Assembly (NCBI GenBank): GCA_041744215.1
Contig: JBGTLG010000004.1
Location: 32,001-96,000, forward strand
Reading direction: 5' to 3'
Length of the DNA stretch: 64,000 nt
From: Fimbriimonadales bacterium
GTDB lineage: Bacteria; Armatimonadota; Fimbriimonadia; Fimbriimonadales; ATM1
A program made the position numbers and the translations under genes. Positions 30,442-39,290 of this stretch are shown piece after piece (within the stretch, counting starts at the first letter, position 1; every line of letters begins with the position of its first letter). The notes under the pieces were generated by a model. It was not told the origin of the DNA, made no database searches, and worked only from the letters and a program-made list of their open reading frames with translations.

Positions 30442-31254
30442 ATGTTCGAAACACGGCAGTATCGTGGCTTTACTGTAATTGAGTTGCTGGTGGTGGTCGC
30501 GATCATCGCGATTTTGGCCGCGATACTGTTTCCGGTCCTCAAGCAGGCGAGGGATGTTGCGAAGCGGACTGCCTGTATGAGCAACATGCACCAAATCGCA
30601 ACGGCGATGCGCCTTTACCTCATTGACACGGACGAGAAGTGGTTCCCGTGCAGCTACTACGAGGAGGCTGGACCTGAGTTTGCTCCCCAAAAGGTTTGGC
30701 TGGGTTACGACAACAACAACGGGCCGCTCGTAGAAGGATTCTATGGTCGATCGAATGCCAGTGCACAGAACCGGCCGCGCCCGGGAATCATAGAACCCTA
30801 CATCAATAGCCTTGAGATAAAAAGGTGTCCTGCGATGCCGAACTCGTGGCAGACTTCCTATGCGCTCAATTGGTTCAGCACGATCTGGCCAAGTGCATAC
30901 TATGCAACGAATCCAGCAGCGGAGGGGAAAGAGTTTGGGCCGGCTTCAAAAACCGTCCTGACTGCGTCCGACGGCAGCATGGTCGGTGAAGGTGCGATGG
31001 ACTCTGAGATAGAAGAGCCATCCATGACGGTCGTCCTTTGGGAACACGATGCGCGTGCCCCAGTGTGCAACTGGCTACAGGGCTACGACTGGTTCGAAGC
31101 GCCGCCAGACGATCCCACGCTTCGAGGACACTTTCACTTTTTGCACCACAGCGGCACAAACACGATCTGGGCGGACACCCACGCCAAATGGATGCAATAC
31201 CGGCAACTACGCCGCCCAATGTTCTCGGTGTACAAGCACATCTACCCGGACTGA
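30442..31254 (+). CDS. Prepilin-type N-terminal cleavage/methylation domain protein (DUF1559-like)
   Basis: GFTVIELLVVVAIIAILAAILFPV..QAR..A...C.SN; C-terminal H-X9-D(T) motif. Confidence 0.9.
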   Translation: MFETRQYRGFTVIELLVVVAIIAILAAILFPVLKQARDVAKRTACMSNMHQIATAMRLYLIDTDEKWFPCSYYEEAGPEFAPQKVWLGYDNNNGPLVEGFYGRSNASAQNRPRPGIIEPYINSLEIKRCPAMPNSWQTSYALNWFSTIWPSAYYATNPAAEGKEFGPASKTVLTASDGSMVGEGAMDSEIEEPSMTVVLWEHDARAPVCNWLQGYDWFEAPPDDPTLRGHFHFLHHSGTNTIWADTHAKWMQYRQLRRPMFSVYKHIYPD

Positions 31255-31257
31255 TAA

Positions 31258-31875
31258 TCAGTTGATCTGACCAAACAGCGGAACACTAAGTAACTGAGCG
31301 TAGAGTTTAGCGTTTGCTACGAAGTCGCCCTGGCTCGAGTCCAGCGCGCCATAACTCGCTGAAGAATGCAGGTGCTCGACGACTGGCGGATAACGACTCG
31401 CATCTTTCCACCAAAGCCGAAGAACGTACACATACCCAAAGCCGACTCCCGCTGGGACCGAACCTGGAGGAGACCACGTCCCTCTCGCAGTCTTGGATAA
31501 CGCGGGTAACAATCCCGTGTACCTCTCGAGGCCGAGGCAATTGACTTCGTCCATTGTTCCCGTTCGAGACTGCGAAATCATTCCGTGACGAAATCGGTGG
31601 AAGTAAGTTCGCTTTCGCAAATCAAATCGAAGGTACTGAAATCGCAGATACGCCCAAACGCCGGCTCCCAGAAACATCGGCCCAAAGAAGAGGTGCCAAT
31701 AGGGCATACCTGTATCAGGAATTCCAAAGAAGATGTCGCTTCCGCCGCTCACAATCATCGCGATACCGACACAAACAGCGGCATAAGCTCCATAAACCTC
31801 CAGCGAGCGTTGGCGGAAGGTGAGGACCGTGCGCTCGCGATTAAGATGAGCCCTGAGAGGATTCTCCATCTGCAT
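31258..31875 (-). CDS. Hypothetical membrane protein (two TM helices plus soluble domain)
   Basis: 205-aa ORF filling the gap, two hydrophobic segments, AGGT RBS-like sequence upstream. Confidence 0.6.
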   Translation of the reverse strand: MQMENPLRAHLNRERTVLTFRQRSLEVYGAYAAVCVGIAMIVSGGSDIFFGIPDTGMPYWHLFFGPMFLGAGVWAYLRFQYLRFDLRKRTYFHRFRHGMISQSRTGTMDEVNCLGLERYTGLLPALSKTARGTWSPPGSVPAGVGFGYVYVLRLWWKDASRYPPVVEHLHSSASYGALDSSQGDFVANAKLYAQLLSVPLFGQIN

Positions 31876-31884
31876 GGCGCTACC

Positions 31885-32961
31885 TCATATCGAAGCGACC
31901 AAGCTTTCCATCTCCGCGCAGTGGTCCTCCATAGATTTCAACAAGGCGAACTGAGCGCGTGTCCGTTGCAGGTTTTGCGCCGGAAATGCTTGCCGATAGT
32001 ATACGTCCCCATTGAGATAGTCCGTGAGAAAGCGGATCCCCTGTTCATACGTGATTACCATGCCAGACGATACCAATAGTTCGCGCTCACTCGTCAGGAG
32101 ACGATCTGCCATCTGAGAGAGGTAGCCCTCTGCCAAAGCCTTGAATAGATCAAGTCGCACGTTGACGAGACTCAAGTCCCGTTCGTCCTCGTCTCTTCCG
32201 GTGGTCATTGATCTCATCATATCTCCCACGTCATAAAGGGAGGTCCCAGGCATGACTGTGTCTAAGTCGACGACACACAATGCCTCGTGCGTTTCAGAAT
32301 CAAACAGGATGTTGCTGATCTTAGCGTCGTTATGTGCAATCCGAACCGGTAGCGGCGGACCTGCGTTCACCAACCACTCTGCGAGGGGCTGACGAGACAT
32401 CGCAAACGAGATCTCCGGCGCACACTCGCTCGCTCGACGGAACGCGTCGCCTGCAACCGCTTCTTCGAAAAGCTGAAACCTTGATGGCGTGTCATGAAAA
32501 CCAGGAATCGTCTCGTTGAGCAAGTGAGGGGGCAAATCTGCGAGCATCGCCTGAAATCGCCCGAACGCAGCCCCAGCGGTTCGCGCTTCGTGTGGCCCTT
32601 CGACCGCCCGATGGATGTAAGTGCCGTCGATGAACCAGTACATCCTCCAAAAAGTATCCTCGCGCTCATAGCAAAACCCGCCGGCTGCCGTAGGTATCAG
32701 TCTCAGTACCCGTCGCTCTCGCTCGGACTCACACTTGGCAGAGAGATGATCGAGCACGCGCTCAATGTTCTCCATAAGCCTTACTGGATCCCGGAAGATA
32801 GCGGTGTTTATGCGCTGAAGCAAGTACTGCCCACCATCCTCTGTGAGCACGCGATAAGAGTCGTTAATGTGTCCCGCTGCAACTTGCTCGGCCGAATGGA
32901 TCCGGGAGTCAAGCAGGAAGTGTGAGGCGACGTGGGAGGGGTCCAGTTGCGAGCGAAGCAA
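31885..32961 (-). CDS. APH/choline-kinase-like phosphotransferase (N-acetylhexosamine 1-kinase-like group)
   Basis: GHINDSY, LQRIN, HNDAKISNILFD, VVDLDTVMPG, RFLTDYLNGD; TTG start chosen 8 nt after TAAACT. Confidence 0.85.
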   Translation of the reverse strand: MLRSQLDPSHVASHFLLDSRIHSAEQVAAGHINDSYRVLTEDGGQYLLQRINTAIFRDPVRLMENIERVLDHLSAKCESERERRVLRLIPTAAGGFCYEREDTFWRMYWFIDGTYIHRAVEGPHEARTAGAAFGRFQAMLADLPPHLLNETIPGFHDTPSRFQLFEEAVAGDAFRRASECAPEISFAMSRQPLAEWLVNAGPPLPVRIAHNDAKISNILFDSETHEALCVVDLDTVMPGTSLYDVGDMMRSMTTGRDEDERDLSLVNVRLDLFKALAEGYLSQMADRLLTSERELLVSSGMVITYEQGIRFLTDYLNGDVYYRQAFPAQNLQRTRAQFALLKSMEDHCAEMESLVASI

Positions 32962-33017
32962 GACAGAGTAGTTTAGCTCAAGCAGGAACCACACGCCCGC
33001 ATGACGAACCGAAGCAT

Positions 33018-34460
33018 ATGCCCGAGAACGAGCCACCGCAGAAGAATGAGAGTGAACGGCGTCCTCTCATCGAGAGTCCACCTATTGAAACCTCTCATGA
33101 GTTGGAGGTGCCTGGCGGTTTACTGAAGTACAAGGCCACCGTAGGCATGATGCCCCTCAAAACCGAGTACGGGGATCACCAGGCCAACGTTTTCTATACT
33201 GCCTACACGAAGGTTGGCGCGCGCAGTTCACGTCCACTGATGTTCAGTTTCAATGGCGGACCTGGCAGTTCGTCCGTGTGGCTCCACCTCGGTGCGCTCG
33301 GGCCAAAGAGGGCGAAGATGGAGAACGACGGAACGCTGCCGCCCCCACCTTACAAGCTGGTTGATAATCCGCATACCTGGTTGCGCCACACGGACCTCGT
33401 CTGTATAGATCCCGTCGGTACTGGTTACAGCCGCGCTGCAAACAAGGAGATAGGCAAGAGATTCTGGGGAGTCAAAGGTGACATTGAGAGTGTCGGCGAA
33501 GTCATCCGATTGTATCTGACTCGCAACAAGCGCTGGAGTTCGCCCCTGTTCTTAGTTGGCGAAAGCTACGGAACGACGAGAGCCGCTGGCCTTGCTGGAC
33601 ATCTGATTGAAAAGGGAATCTCTTTCAATGGAATTCTGCTCGTCTCCTCAATTCTCAACTTCCAAACCGCCAGATTTAATAAAGGCAACGACTTGCCCTA
33701 TGTGCTGTTCCTGCCGACCTACTGCGCCACAGCATGGTTCCACAAGAAAGCCGGAACTAAGACACCTCTTCCAAAGTTTCTAAAGGAATGTGAGGCATTC
33801 GCAATAGGCGAATATGCCACTGCCCTTGCCCAAGGCGATAACTTGCGATCTGCGCAGCGAACCGAGACCATCAAGAAGTTGGCTTACTTCACCGGCCTCA
33901 GCGAGACCTTTTTGGACAACTGCAATCTTCGAATCGTAATCATGGACTTTTGCAAAGAGCTGCTGCGTGATAGGAAGCTAACCGTGGGACGGCTGGACTC
34001 CCGCTTCATGGGAATCGAAGAATTCGCTACAGGGCAGACGCCTGACCACGACCCGAGCATGACCGCGATTCGGCCTCCATATACCGCTGCGTTTAATCAA
34101 TACGTTCGAGAAAAGCTGAGATATGAGACGGACCTTGAGTACAACATCCTCGGTGGTGGGATTGAAGAGCCCTGGGATTGGGGGTCGGCAGGCGAGGGCC
34201 ACCCCGACACCAGCGAGGCGTTGAGAGAAGCGTTTGCGAAGAACCCCCACATGAAACTCTTCGTGGCGAGCGGATTCTACGATCTTGCAACTCCCTACTT
34301 TGCGACCGAATACACCTTGTCACACCTCGGACTCGACGCCTCGCTAAAGAAGAATGTTAGCGTTGAATACTATCCAGCAGGGCACATGATGTACATTGAC
34401 ACCAAATGTCTTCAAGCGCTCGCAGGGCATGTGGAGTCGTTCATAAAGGAATCAGTCTAA
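33018..34460 (+). CDS. Serine carboxypeptidase, S10 family
   Basis: FNGGPGSSS, IDPVGTGYS, GESYG nucleophile, YDLATP, GHMMY. Confidence 0.93.
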   Translation: MPENEPPQKNESERRPLIESPPIETSHELEVPGGLLKYKATVGMMPLKTEYGDHQANVFYTAYTKVGARSSRPLMFSFNGGPGSSSVWLHLGALGPKRAKMENDGTLPPPPYKLVDNPHTWLRHTDLVCIDPVGTGYSRAANKEIGKRFWGVKGDIESVGEVIRLYLTRNKRWSSPLFLVGESYGTTRAAGLAGHLIEKGISFNGILLVSSILNFQTARFNKGNDLPYVLFLPTYCATAWFHKKAGTKTPLPKFLKECEAFAIGEYATALAQGDNLRSAQRTETIKKLAYFTGLSETFLDNCNLRIVIMDFCKELLRDRKLTVGRLDSRFMGIEEFATGQTPDHDPSMTAIRPPYTAAFNQYVREKLRYETDLEYNILGGGIEEPWDWGSAGEGHPDTSEALREAFAKNPHMKLFVASGFYDLATPYFATEYTLSHLGLDASLKKNVSVEYYPAGHMMYIDTKCLQALAGHVESFIKESV

Positions 34461-34526
34461 GCTAACAAACAGTGTGCTAGTACTTGTGCCTGTGTGAATC
34501 GAGATTCCAAGTGGTATTGCCCCAGT

Positions 34527-34682
34527 ATGAAATGCTGGGCATTGGCCATCCTCGTGGCACTAGCGCTCTCGATTGTCGGTTGCGGCGACGACCCGTTCGA
34601 GCATCGTTCCACTCGAGACGAAGCCGAACAAACCGAGCACAGCATGCTCAAGGGCGTTGGGCGAAAAATCGACGGCGATTAG
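34527..34682 (+). CDS. Small putative lipoprotein (51 aa)
   Basis: MKCWALAILVALALSIVG-C signal with lipobox; followed by a strong hairpin. Confidence 0.55.
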   Translation: MKCWALAILVALALSIVGCGDDPFEHRSTRDEAEQTEHSMLKGVGRKIDGD

Positions 34683-34713
34683 TCCCAGTCCCATCGAATT
34701 GTCGAAGCATGTT

Positions 34714-34748
34714 AAAGCCCACGAGACCGCGCAGGTCTCGTGGGCTTT
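34714..34748. terminator. Likely bidirectional terminator
   Basis: Perfect 15-bp stem AAAGCCCACGAGACC / GGTCTCGTGGGCTTT between convergent ORFs. Confidence 0.75.
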
Positions 34749-34768
34749 GGACATTCTGATAACAGGGC

Positions 34769-35032
34769 TTAGCCTTCCGCAGGCGGTGCCTCGTCGGCCT
34801 TCTTCTTCGTAGTCTTCTTGGCAGGGGCCTTTTTGGCAGTCGTGGCCTTCTTCGCGGTCGCAGCCTTCTTCGGAGCGGCTTTCGGCTTCTCTGCGGGTGA
34901 CCCCGCTCCAGCGGCTGCGGGTGCTTTCTTGACCTTTGATTTCGAGGAGGATTTTGCTTCCTTGATCGCTGCCTTGATCACTTTCTCTTTTCGGCTTCGC
35001 CGTCGGCGGATTTCCTTGTTTCTAATTCGCAT
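34769..35032 (-). CDS. Small basic protein with Arg-rich N-terminus and Lys/Ala-rich histone H1-like tail
   Basis: MRIRNKEIRRRRSRKEK; repeated KKA/PAKK units; GAGGG RBS upstream. Confidence 0.75.
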   Translation of the reverse strand: MRIRNKEIRRRRSRKEKVIKAAIKEAKSSSKSKVKKAPAAAGAGSPAEKPKAAPKKAATAKKATTAKKAPAKKTTKKKADEAPPAEG

Positions 35033-35150
35033 AGAGTTGGTTCCCTCGTGGGCCGGATGCGATGTTACCTCGGAGAGGGCAGCGGGCGGGTATCATGCGG
35101 CGGCGTGGTTAGTTGCCGCGCTTTTTAGTGTCAAGGACACAACTTCCAAT

Positions 35151-36311
35151 ATGGCAAAGACATACGCAATTCTTGGCTCCGGCATGCAAGGCACCGCAGT
35201 TGCCTACGACTTGGCTCGCTATGGAGACGCAGCTCGAATTCTGATGGGTGACCGAGACCTGGAGCAAGCGCGCAAGAGTTCGTCCCGTGTTAATGCACTC
35301 GTAGGTGCCGCCATCTGCGAACCACACGCCGTTGACGCGCTCAACGAATCCGAGCTGGCAGAGTTCTTCTCTCCTGTCGACGTCGCGGCGTCGTGTGTTC
35401 CATATTGGATGCACCCGAAAATCGTTCCTGTCGCCATAAAGACCTTAACCAACATGATCGACATGGGCGGCGACACAGAAGTCACTCTCGAGTCAATGCG
35501 ATACGACGAAGCGGCGAAGGCGGCCGGAGTGAGCATCATTCCCGACACGGGGCTCGCGCCCGGATTGGTGAACAGCCTCGCTACGCACCTCATGTCAAAG
35601 CTAGATGAGGTGGAGGAAGTTCGCATGTATTGCGGTGGGCTTCCTCAGAACCCTAAGCCGCCGTTCAACTACAAGCTTGTCTTTAACATCGAGGGCCTTG
35701 TAGCCGAGTACACAGACGACGCTTACGCAATCCGAGACGGAAAGCTGGCAAGACCAGAAACTCTCGCCGACCTCGAAGAGATCGAATGGCCGGAACTGGG
35801 CAAGATGGAAGCATTTGTTACGAGCGGTGGAACGAGTACCGCACCACACACATTCCTAGGCAAGGTGCGCACCTATGAATACAAAACAATCCGATTCCCT
35901 GGGCACTGTGCGCTTATGCGTGTCTTTATGGACTTTGGCTTTTGGTCCCAAGAACCTGTCGAGGTCGACGGAGGCTCTGTGCGCCCGCGAGATCTGTTTC
36001 ACAAGATAATGAGCGAAGCGCTGCATGATCCGACCGACAAAGACCAGATCCTGGTGAGAGCTACCGCCTCCGGAACGAAGTCTGGTCAACCAAAGAAGTA
36101 TCAAATCGACATCTGGGACAAACAGGATGAGGGAACTGGGTTCAGCGCTATGGAGCGAATGACAGGATTCCCTTCATCGATCAACATGATCGAAATCGCG
36201 AAAGGGAATGTCGGGCCCGGAGTGATCCCTTACGAACTCGCAGTCCCTGGGACGGTCGTAGTCGAAGAACTTGCCAAACGTGGAATCGGAATCAGTGAGT
36301 CAGCTTCCTAA
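35151..36311 (+). CDS. Saccharopine dehydrogenase / lysine 6-dehydrogenase family protein
   Basis: ILGSGMQG Rossmann fold, DTGLAPG, CGGLP..P.PPFNYK, YKTIRFPGH, SAMERMTG; start at ATG 35151. Confidence 0.88.
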   Translation: MAKTYAILGSGMQGTAVAYDLARYGDAARILMGDRDLEQARKSSSRVNALVGAAICEPHAVDALNESELAEFFSPVDVAASCVPYWMHPKIVPVAIKTLTNMIDMGGDTEVTLESMRYDEAAKAAGVSIIPDTGLAPGLVNSLATHLMSKLDEVEEVRMYCGGLPQNPKPPFNYKLVFNIEGLVAEYTDDAYAIRDGKLARPETLADLEEIEWPELGKMEAFVTSGGTSTAPHTFLGKVRTYEYKTIRFPGHCALMRVFMDFGFWSQEPVEVDGGSVRPRDLFHKIMSEALHDPTDKDQILVRATASGTKSGQPKKYQIDIWDKQDEGTGFSAMERMTGFPSSINMIEIAKGNVGPGVIPYELAVPGTVVVEELAKRGIGISESAS

Positions 36312-36367
36312 TCGAAAGCCGCCCCCCCCGAACTCATTCAGGAAACCGTATAACAACACGACGAATC

Positions 36368-36409
36368 TGTTACGCGATTCGACCTTCGAGTGCGTCGAAT
36401 CGCGTAACA
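36368..36409. terminator. Long inverted repeat between convergent genes (probable terminator)
   Basis: Perfect 16-bp arms TGTTACGCGATTCGAC / GTCGAATCGCGTAACA with 10-nt loop; followed by TTT only on the minus strand side. Confidence 0.55.
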
Positions 36410-36428
36410 AAACACATTCAATGGGGAG

Positions 36429-36956
36429 TTACTTGTTTTCCTTCTCGTACGCGCCTTCTATGAGCGTAACCCAAGAATCCCCTGTCTGGGTCTCGAGCAC
36501 AAACCCGACTTTTCCATCGGACCGCTTTTCGTACGTTGCTCGATAAACGAGTTCTCCCATACCTGGCATGGGTGCCGGCTTGCTCGTTCCTACCAATTTC
36601 CCGTTCGTGAAATCGCCGGTGAACTCAAGTGGGAACGCTGACATTTGGTCGTACCACCAGAAAGCCCACTTCTTCTTCTCCGTGTCATACGTCAGCAGAA
36701 GAAGTCCCCCCATTGCCGAACCCATCATGTCGTAGGTCTGGTGCGAAACGACATACCGTCCGCCGACACCCATCGTCGTCTTCGCTTTCGAGGTGCTCTT
36801 CACGGGCTGTTCGCCGAAAGTAAATGTCATCTCGCCCTTCCAGTCGCCCAGCAACCAAGCCATCTCCTTCATTTCGGCAGGCGGAGTCATGTCCATCTCT
36901 TGCGCCGCAGCAGCGCCCATGCACCCGGCAACCGCCATACAAACAATCCACTTCAT
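36429..36956 (-). CDS. Secreted DUF1579-like protein
   Basis: Signal peptide, LLGDWKG, GGRY, YD..KKKW..WW.D pattern; GGAGGAAAGG RBS. Confidence 0.7.
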   Translation of the reverse strand: MKWIVCMAVAGCMGAAAAQEMDMTPPAEMKEMAWLLGDWKGEMTFTFGEQPVKSTSKAKTTMGVGGRYVVSHQTYDMMGSAMGGLLLLTYDTEKKKWAFWWYDQMSAFPLEFTGDFTNGKLVGTSKPAPMPGMGELVYRATYEKRSDGKVGFVLETQTGDSWVTLIEGAYEKENK

Positions 36957-37049
36957 GTCCTTTCCTCCTGTTTCCCCATTGCTTTTGGGGAACACATGTA
37001 TACCTGTTTTTGCAGGAGTCGGCTCAAGCACTCTGTGCGAAGTGCTGGT

Positions 37050-37067
37050 CTGTGAAAATCGTCACAA
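37050..37067. promoter_or_regulatory. Rex-type (or CRP/FNR-type) operator upstream of nuoG
   Basis: CTGTGAA-AATC-GTCACAA matches TTGTGAA-N4-TTCACAA at 12/14; also a perfect TGTGA-N6-TCACA. Confidence 0.65.
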
Positions 37068-37131
37068 TCTGAGCCTCCGATAGGGTAGAACACGTCCCTA
37101 ACATCGGGGCCGTCCGGCACCGAATTTCCGC

Positions 37132-39267
37132 ATGGCTGCAACAGCGAACGATCCGCAAACGGTGATGCTCACCATAAACGACGTCGAGATTGAGGTGCCC
37201 AAAGGGGAGCTCATCGTCGAGTCGGTCAAACGCATCGGCCTCGAGATACCCATTTTTTGCTACCACTCCCGATTGAAGCCGGTCGGTATGTGCCGCATGT
37301 GCCTCGTAGATGTCGGCTTCAAGCAGCCCGATGGTTCCGTCCGGATGATGCCAAAGCCGCAGGCAGGCTGCACCCTCCCCGCGGACAACGACATGGTCGT
37401 CTACACCGATACCGAAAACGTGAGGAAGGATCGGAAAGGCGTCTTGGAGTTTCTACTCATCAACCATCCTCTTGATTGCCCGATCTGCGACCGTGGCGGC
37501 GAGTGCCCGCTTCAAAACAACACAATCTTCTATGGCCCTTCCACCACGAGGTATGTCGAAATCAAACGCCACTTGCCTAAGGCATTTCCTCTCAGCAAGT
37601 ACGTGACACTTGACCTGGAGCGATGCATCCAGTGCGGCCGTTGTGTAAGATTCACCGAAGAGATTAGCGGTGACTCGCAACTTGCGTTCAGATTTCGGGG
37701 TGCGATGATGCAGCCGAGTACTTTCGAACTGACGGATTTCGAAAGCCGATTCAGCGGAAACGTGATAGAGATTTGTCCGGTAGGAGCCTTAACTTCGTCC
37801 GAATACCGATTTCGGGCGAGGCCTTGGGACCTCCAGACGAAGCCTTCGATCTGCACCGAGTGCTCCAACGGTTGCAACACATGGTTCGATTACCGGGTCT
37901 CGTCACTCGTCCGAATCAACGGACGCACAAATGAGGCGGTGAACGAGGAGTGGACGTGTGATAAGGGTAAGTTCGGGCAGCAGTATTTAGACTCGCCGGA
38001 TCGACTCACGGAAGTCTTTGTCCGTGATCAAAACAAGTTGGTGTCATCGGATTGGGCAGCCGCATTCCGTGGGATCTCCGACGCGTTCCAAGCTGCCGGT
38101 TCCAATTCCGCAGCGCTCGTTGGAGGCAAGGCGTCCAATGAGGACATCTTCATGCTCAAGCGGCTCTTTAAGGAAGTGTTTGGGTCGGACAACATCGATC
38201 ATCGCTGGCGAAAGCACAATCCAAAAGTAGATGCTCTCACTCGCGTGACTACTCCGATCGCGAGTTTTGAAAGCGAGCCTGTTATCTTTGTCTTTGGAAA
38301 CAATCTCGCTGAAGAGCAGCCGATTCTTTTTCTCAGAATTCGAAAGGCTTGGTCCAACCAAGATGCGAAAGTGGTTGTCGCGTGCCACGAGCCGTGCGAA
38401 GCCGATAACTTCGCTCATGTATCGCTTCGCTACAAACGTGGCACCGAGGCGGTACTTGTCGGAGCGATTCACAATGCGATCACGGGTACGGGTGGCGTGG
38501 ATGCAGTCGAAGCCGCAAAGATAACTGGCGTTGGCGAAGAGGCAATACGCCGAGCAGCCGAGGCGATGAAGAGCGGATTCGCGCTCGCTGCAAGTCGCTC
38601 GCTATATGACCTTCCAAACGGCGAACATGTCGTTGGCGCGCTAAACAACCTAACAATCGCAACGAACACTTCGAGTAAGTTCAATCTATTCGCGACATCC
38701 GCCAACGAACAAGGCGCACGGGAGATAGGATTTCTGCCGGAGAGCGGTGGGTTGAACACCCAAGAGATACTCGAAGCATGCGCAGCAGGCAAGGTCAAGG
38801 CACTCTGGCTCTTAGAATGCGACCCGATCCTGCAGTATCACGACAAAGATCTCGTCGAGCGAGCGCTCGAAGGCGTGGAGTTCCTTGTCGTTCAAAATCA
38901 CATGCGATCAGAGTGCGCCCAGTTTGCAAGCGTTCTGCTCCCCGCCTGCGCATTCAGTGAGAAGGAGGGGACCTACACGAACCTCGAAAGGCGAGTTCAG
39001 TTGGTCAAAGCGATCATCGCGCCAAAGGGAACCGCCAAGCCAGCGTGGATGGCGTTTGGTGAATTGCTGCTAAGGCTCCAGGGCACCCCACCTCCGTTCC
39101 ATGTACACGAGATACTCAGTCAACTCGTTGAAACACTGCCAGCTTTCCACCCAGTCGATTATCCAAACCTCAAGGGCGAGGGTGTGCTACTAGGCCCAGT
39201 GCCGCCCGCCGAACCGCGAATGGTAGATGTCGAATACACTGCCGTGGAGGTATCCCCAGCCACGTAA
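37132..39267 (+). CDS. nuoG: NADH-quinone oxidoreductase subunit G
   Basis: FCYH..CRMC (N1b), HPLDCPICD..GEC (N5), CIQCGRC...CPVGAL (N4), CTECSNGC...C (N7). Confidence 0.96.
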   Translation: MAATANDPQTVMLTINDVEIEVPKGELIVESVKRIGLEIPIFCYHSRLKPVGMCRMCLVDVGFKQPDGSVRMMPKPQAGCTLPADNDMVVYTDTENVRKDRKGVLEFLLINHPLDCPICDRGGECPLQNNTIFYGPSTTRYVEIKRHLPKAFPLSKYVTLDLERCIQCGRCVRFTEEISGDSQLAFRFRGAMMQPSTFELTDFESRFSGNVIEICPVGALTSSEYRFRARPWDLQTKPSICTECSNGCNTWFDYRVSSLVRINGRTNEAVNEEWTCDKGKFGQQYLDSPDRLTEVFVRDQNKLVSSDWAAAFRGISDAFQAAGSNSAALVGGKASNEDIFMLKRLFKEVFGSDNIDHRWRKHNPKVDALTRVTTPIASFESEPVIFVFGNNLAEEQPILFLRIRKAWSNQDAKVVVACHEPCEADNFAHVSLRYKRGTEAVLVGAIHNAITGTGGVDAVEAAKITGVGEEAIRRAAEAMKSGFALAASRSLYDLPNGEHVVGALNNLTIATNTSSKFNLFATSANEQGAREIGFLPESGGLNTQEILEACAAGKVKALWLLECDPILQYHDKDLVERALEGVEFLVVQNHMRSECAQFASVLLPACAFSEKEGTYTNLERRVQLVKAIIAPKGTAKPAWMAFGELLLRLQGTPPPFHVHEILSQLVETLPAFHPVDYPNLKGEGVLLGPVPPAEPRMVDVEYTAVEVSPAT

Positions 39268-39290
39268 CAGCGTCAGGACCTCAAGAGGAC

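Noticed and set aside
34818-35150. N-terminal extension of the saccharopine dehydrogenase ORF
   Set aside because: Antisense read of the Lys/Ala-rich small gene; the Rossmann motif begins right after ATG 35151
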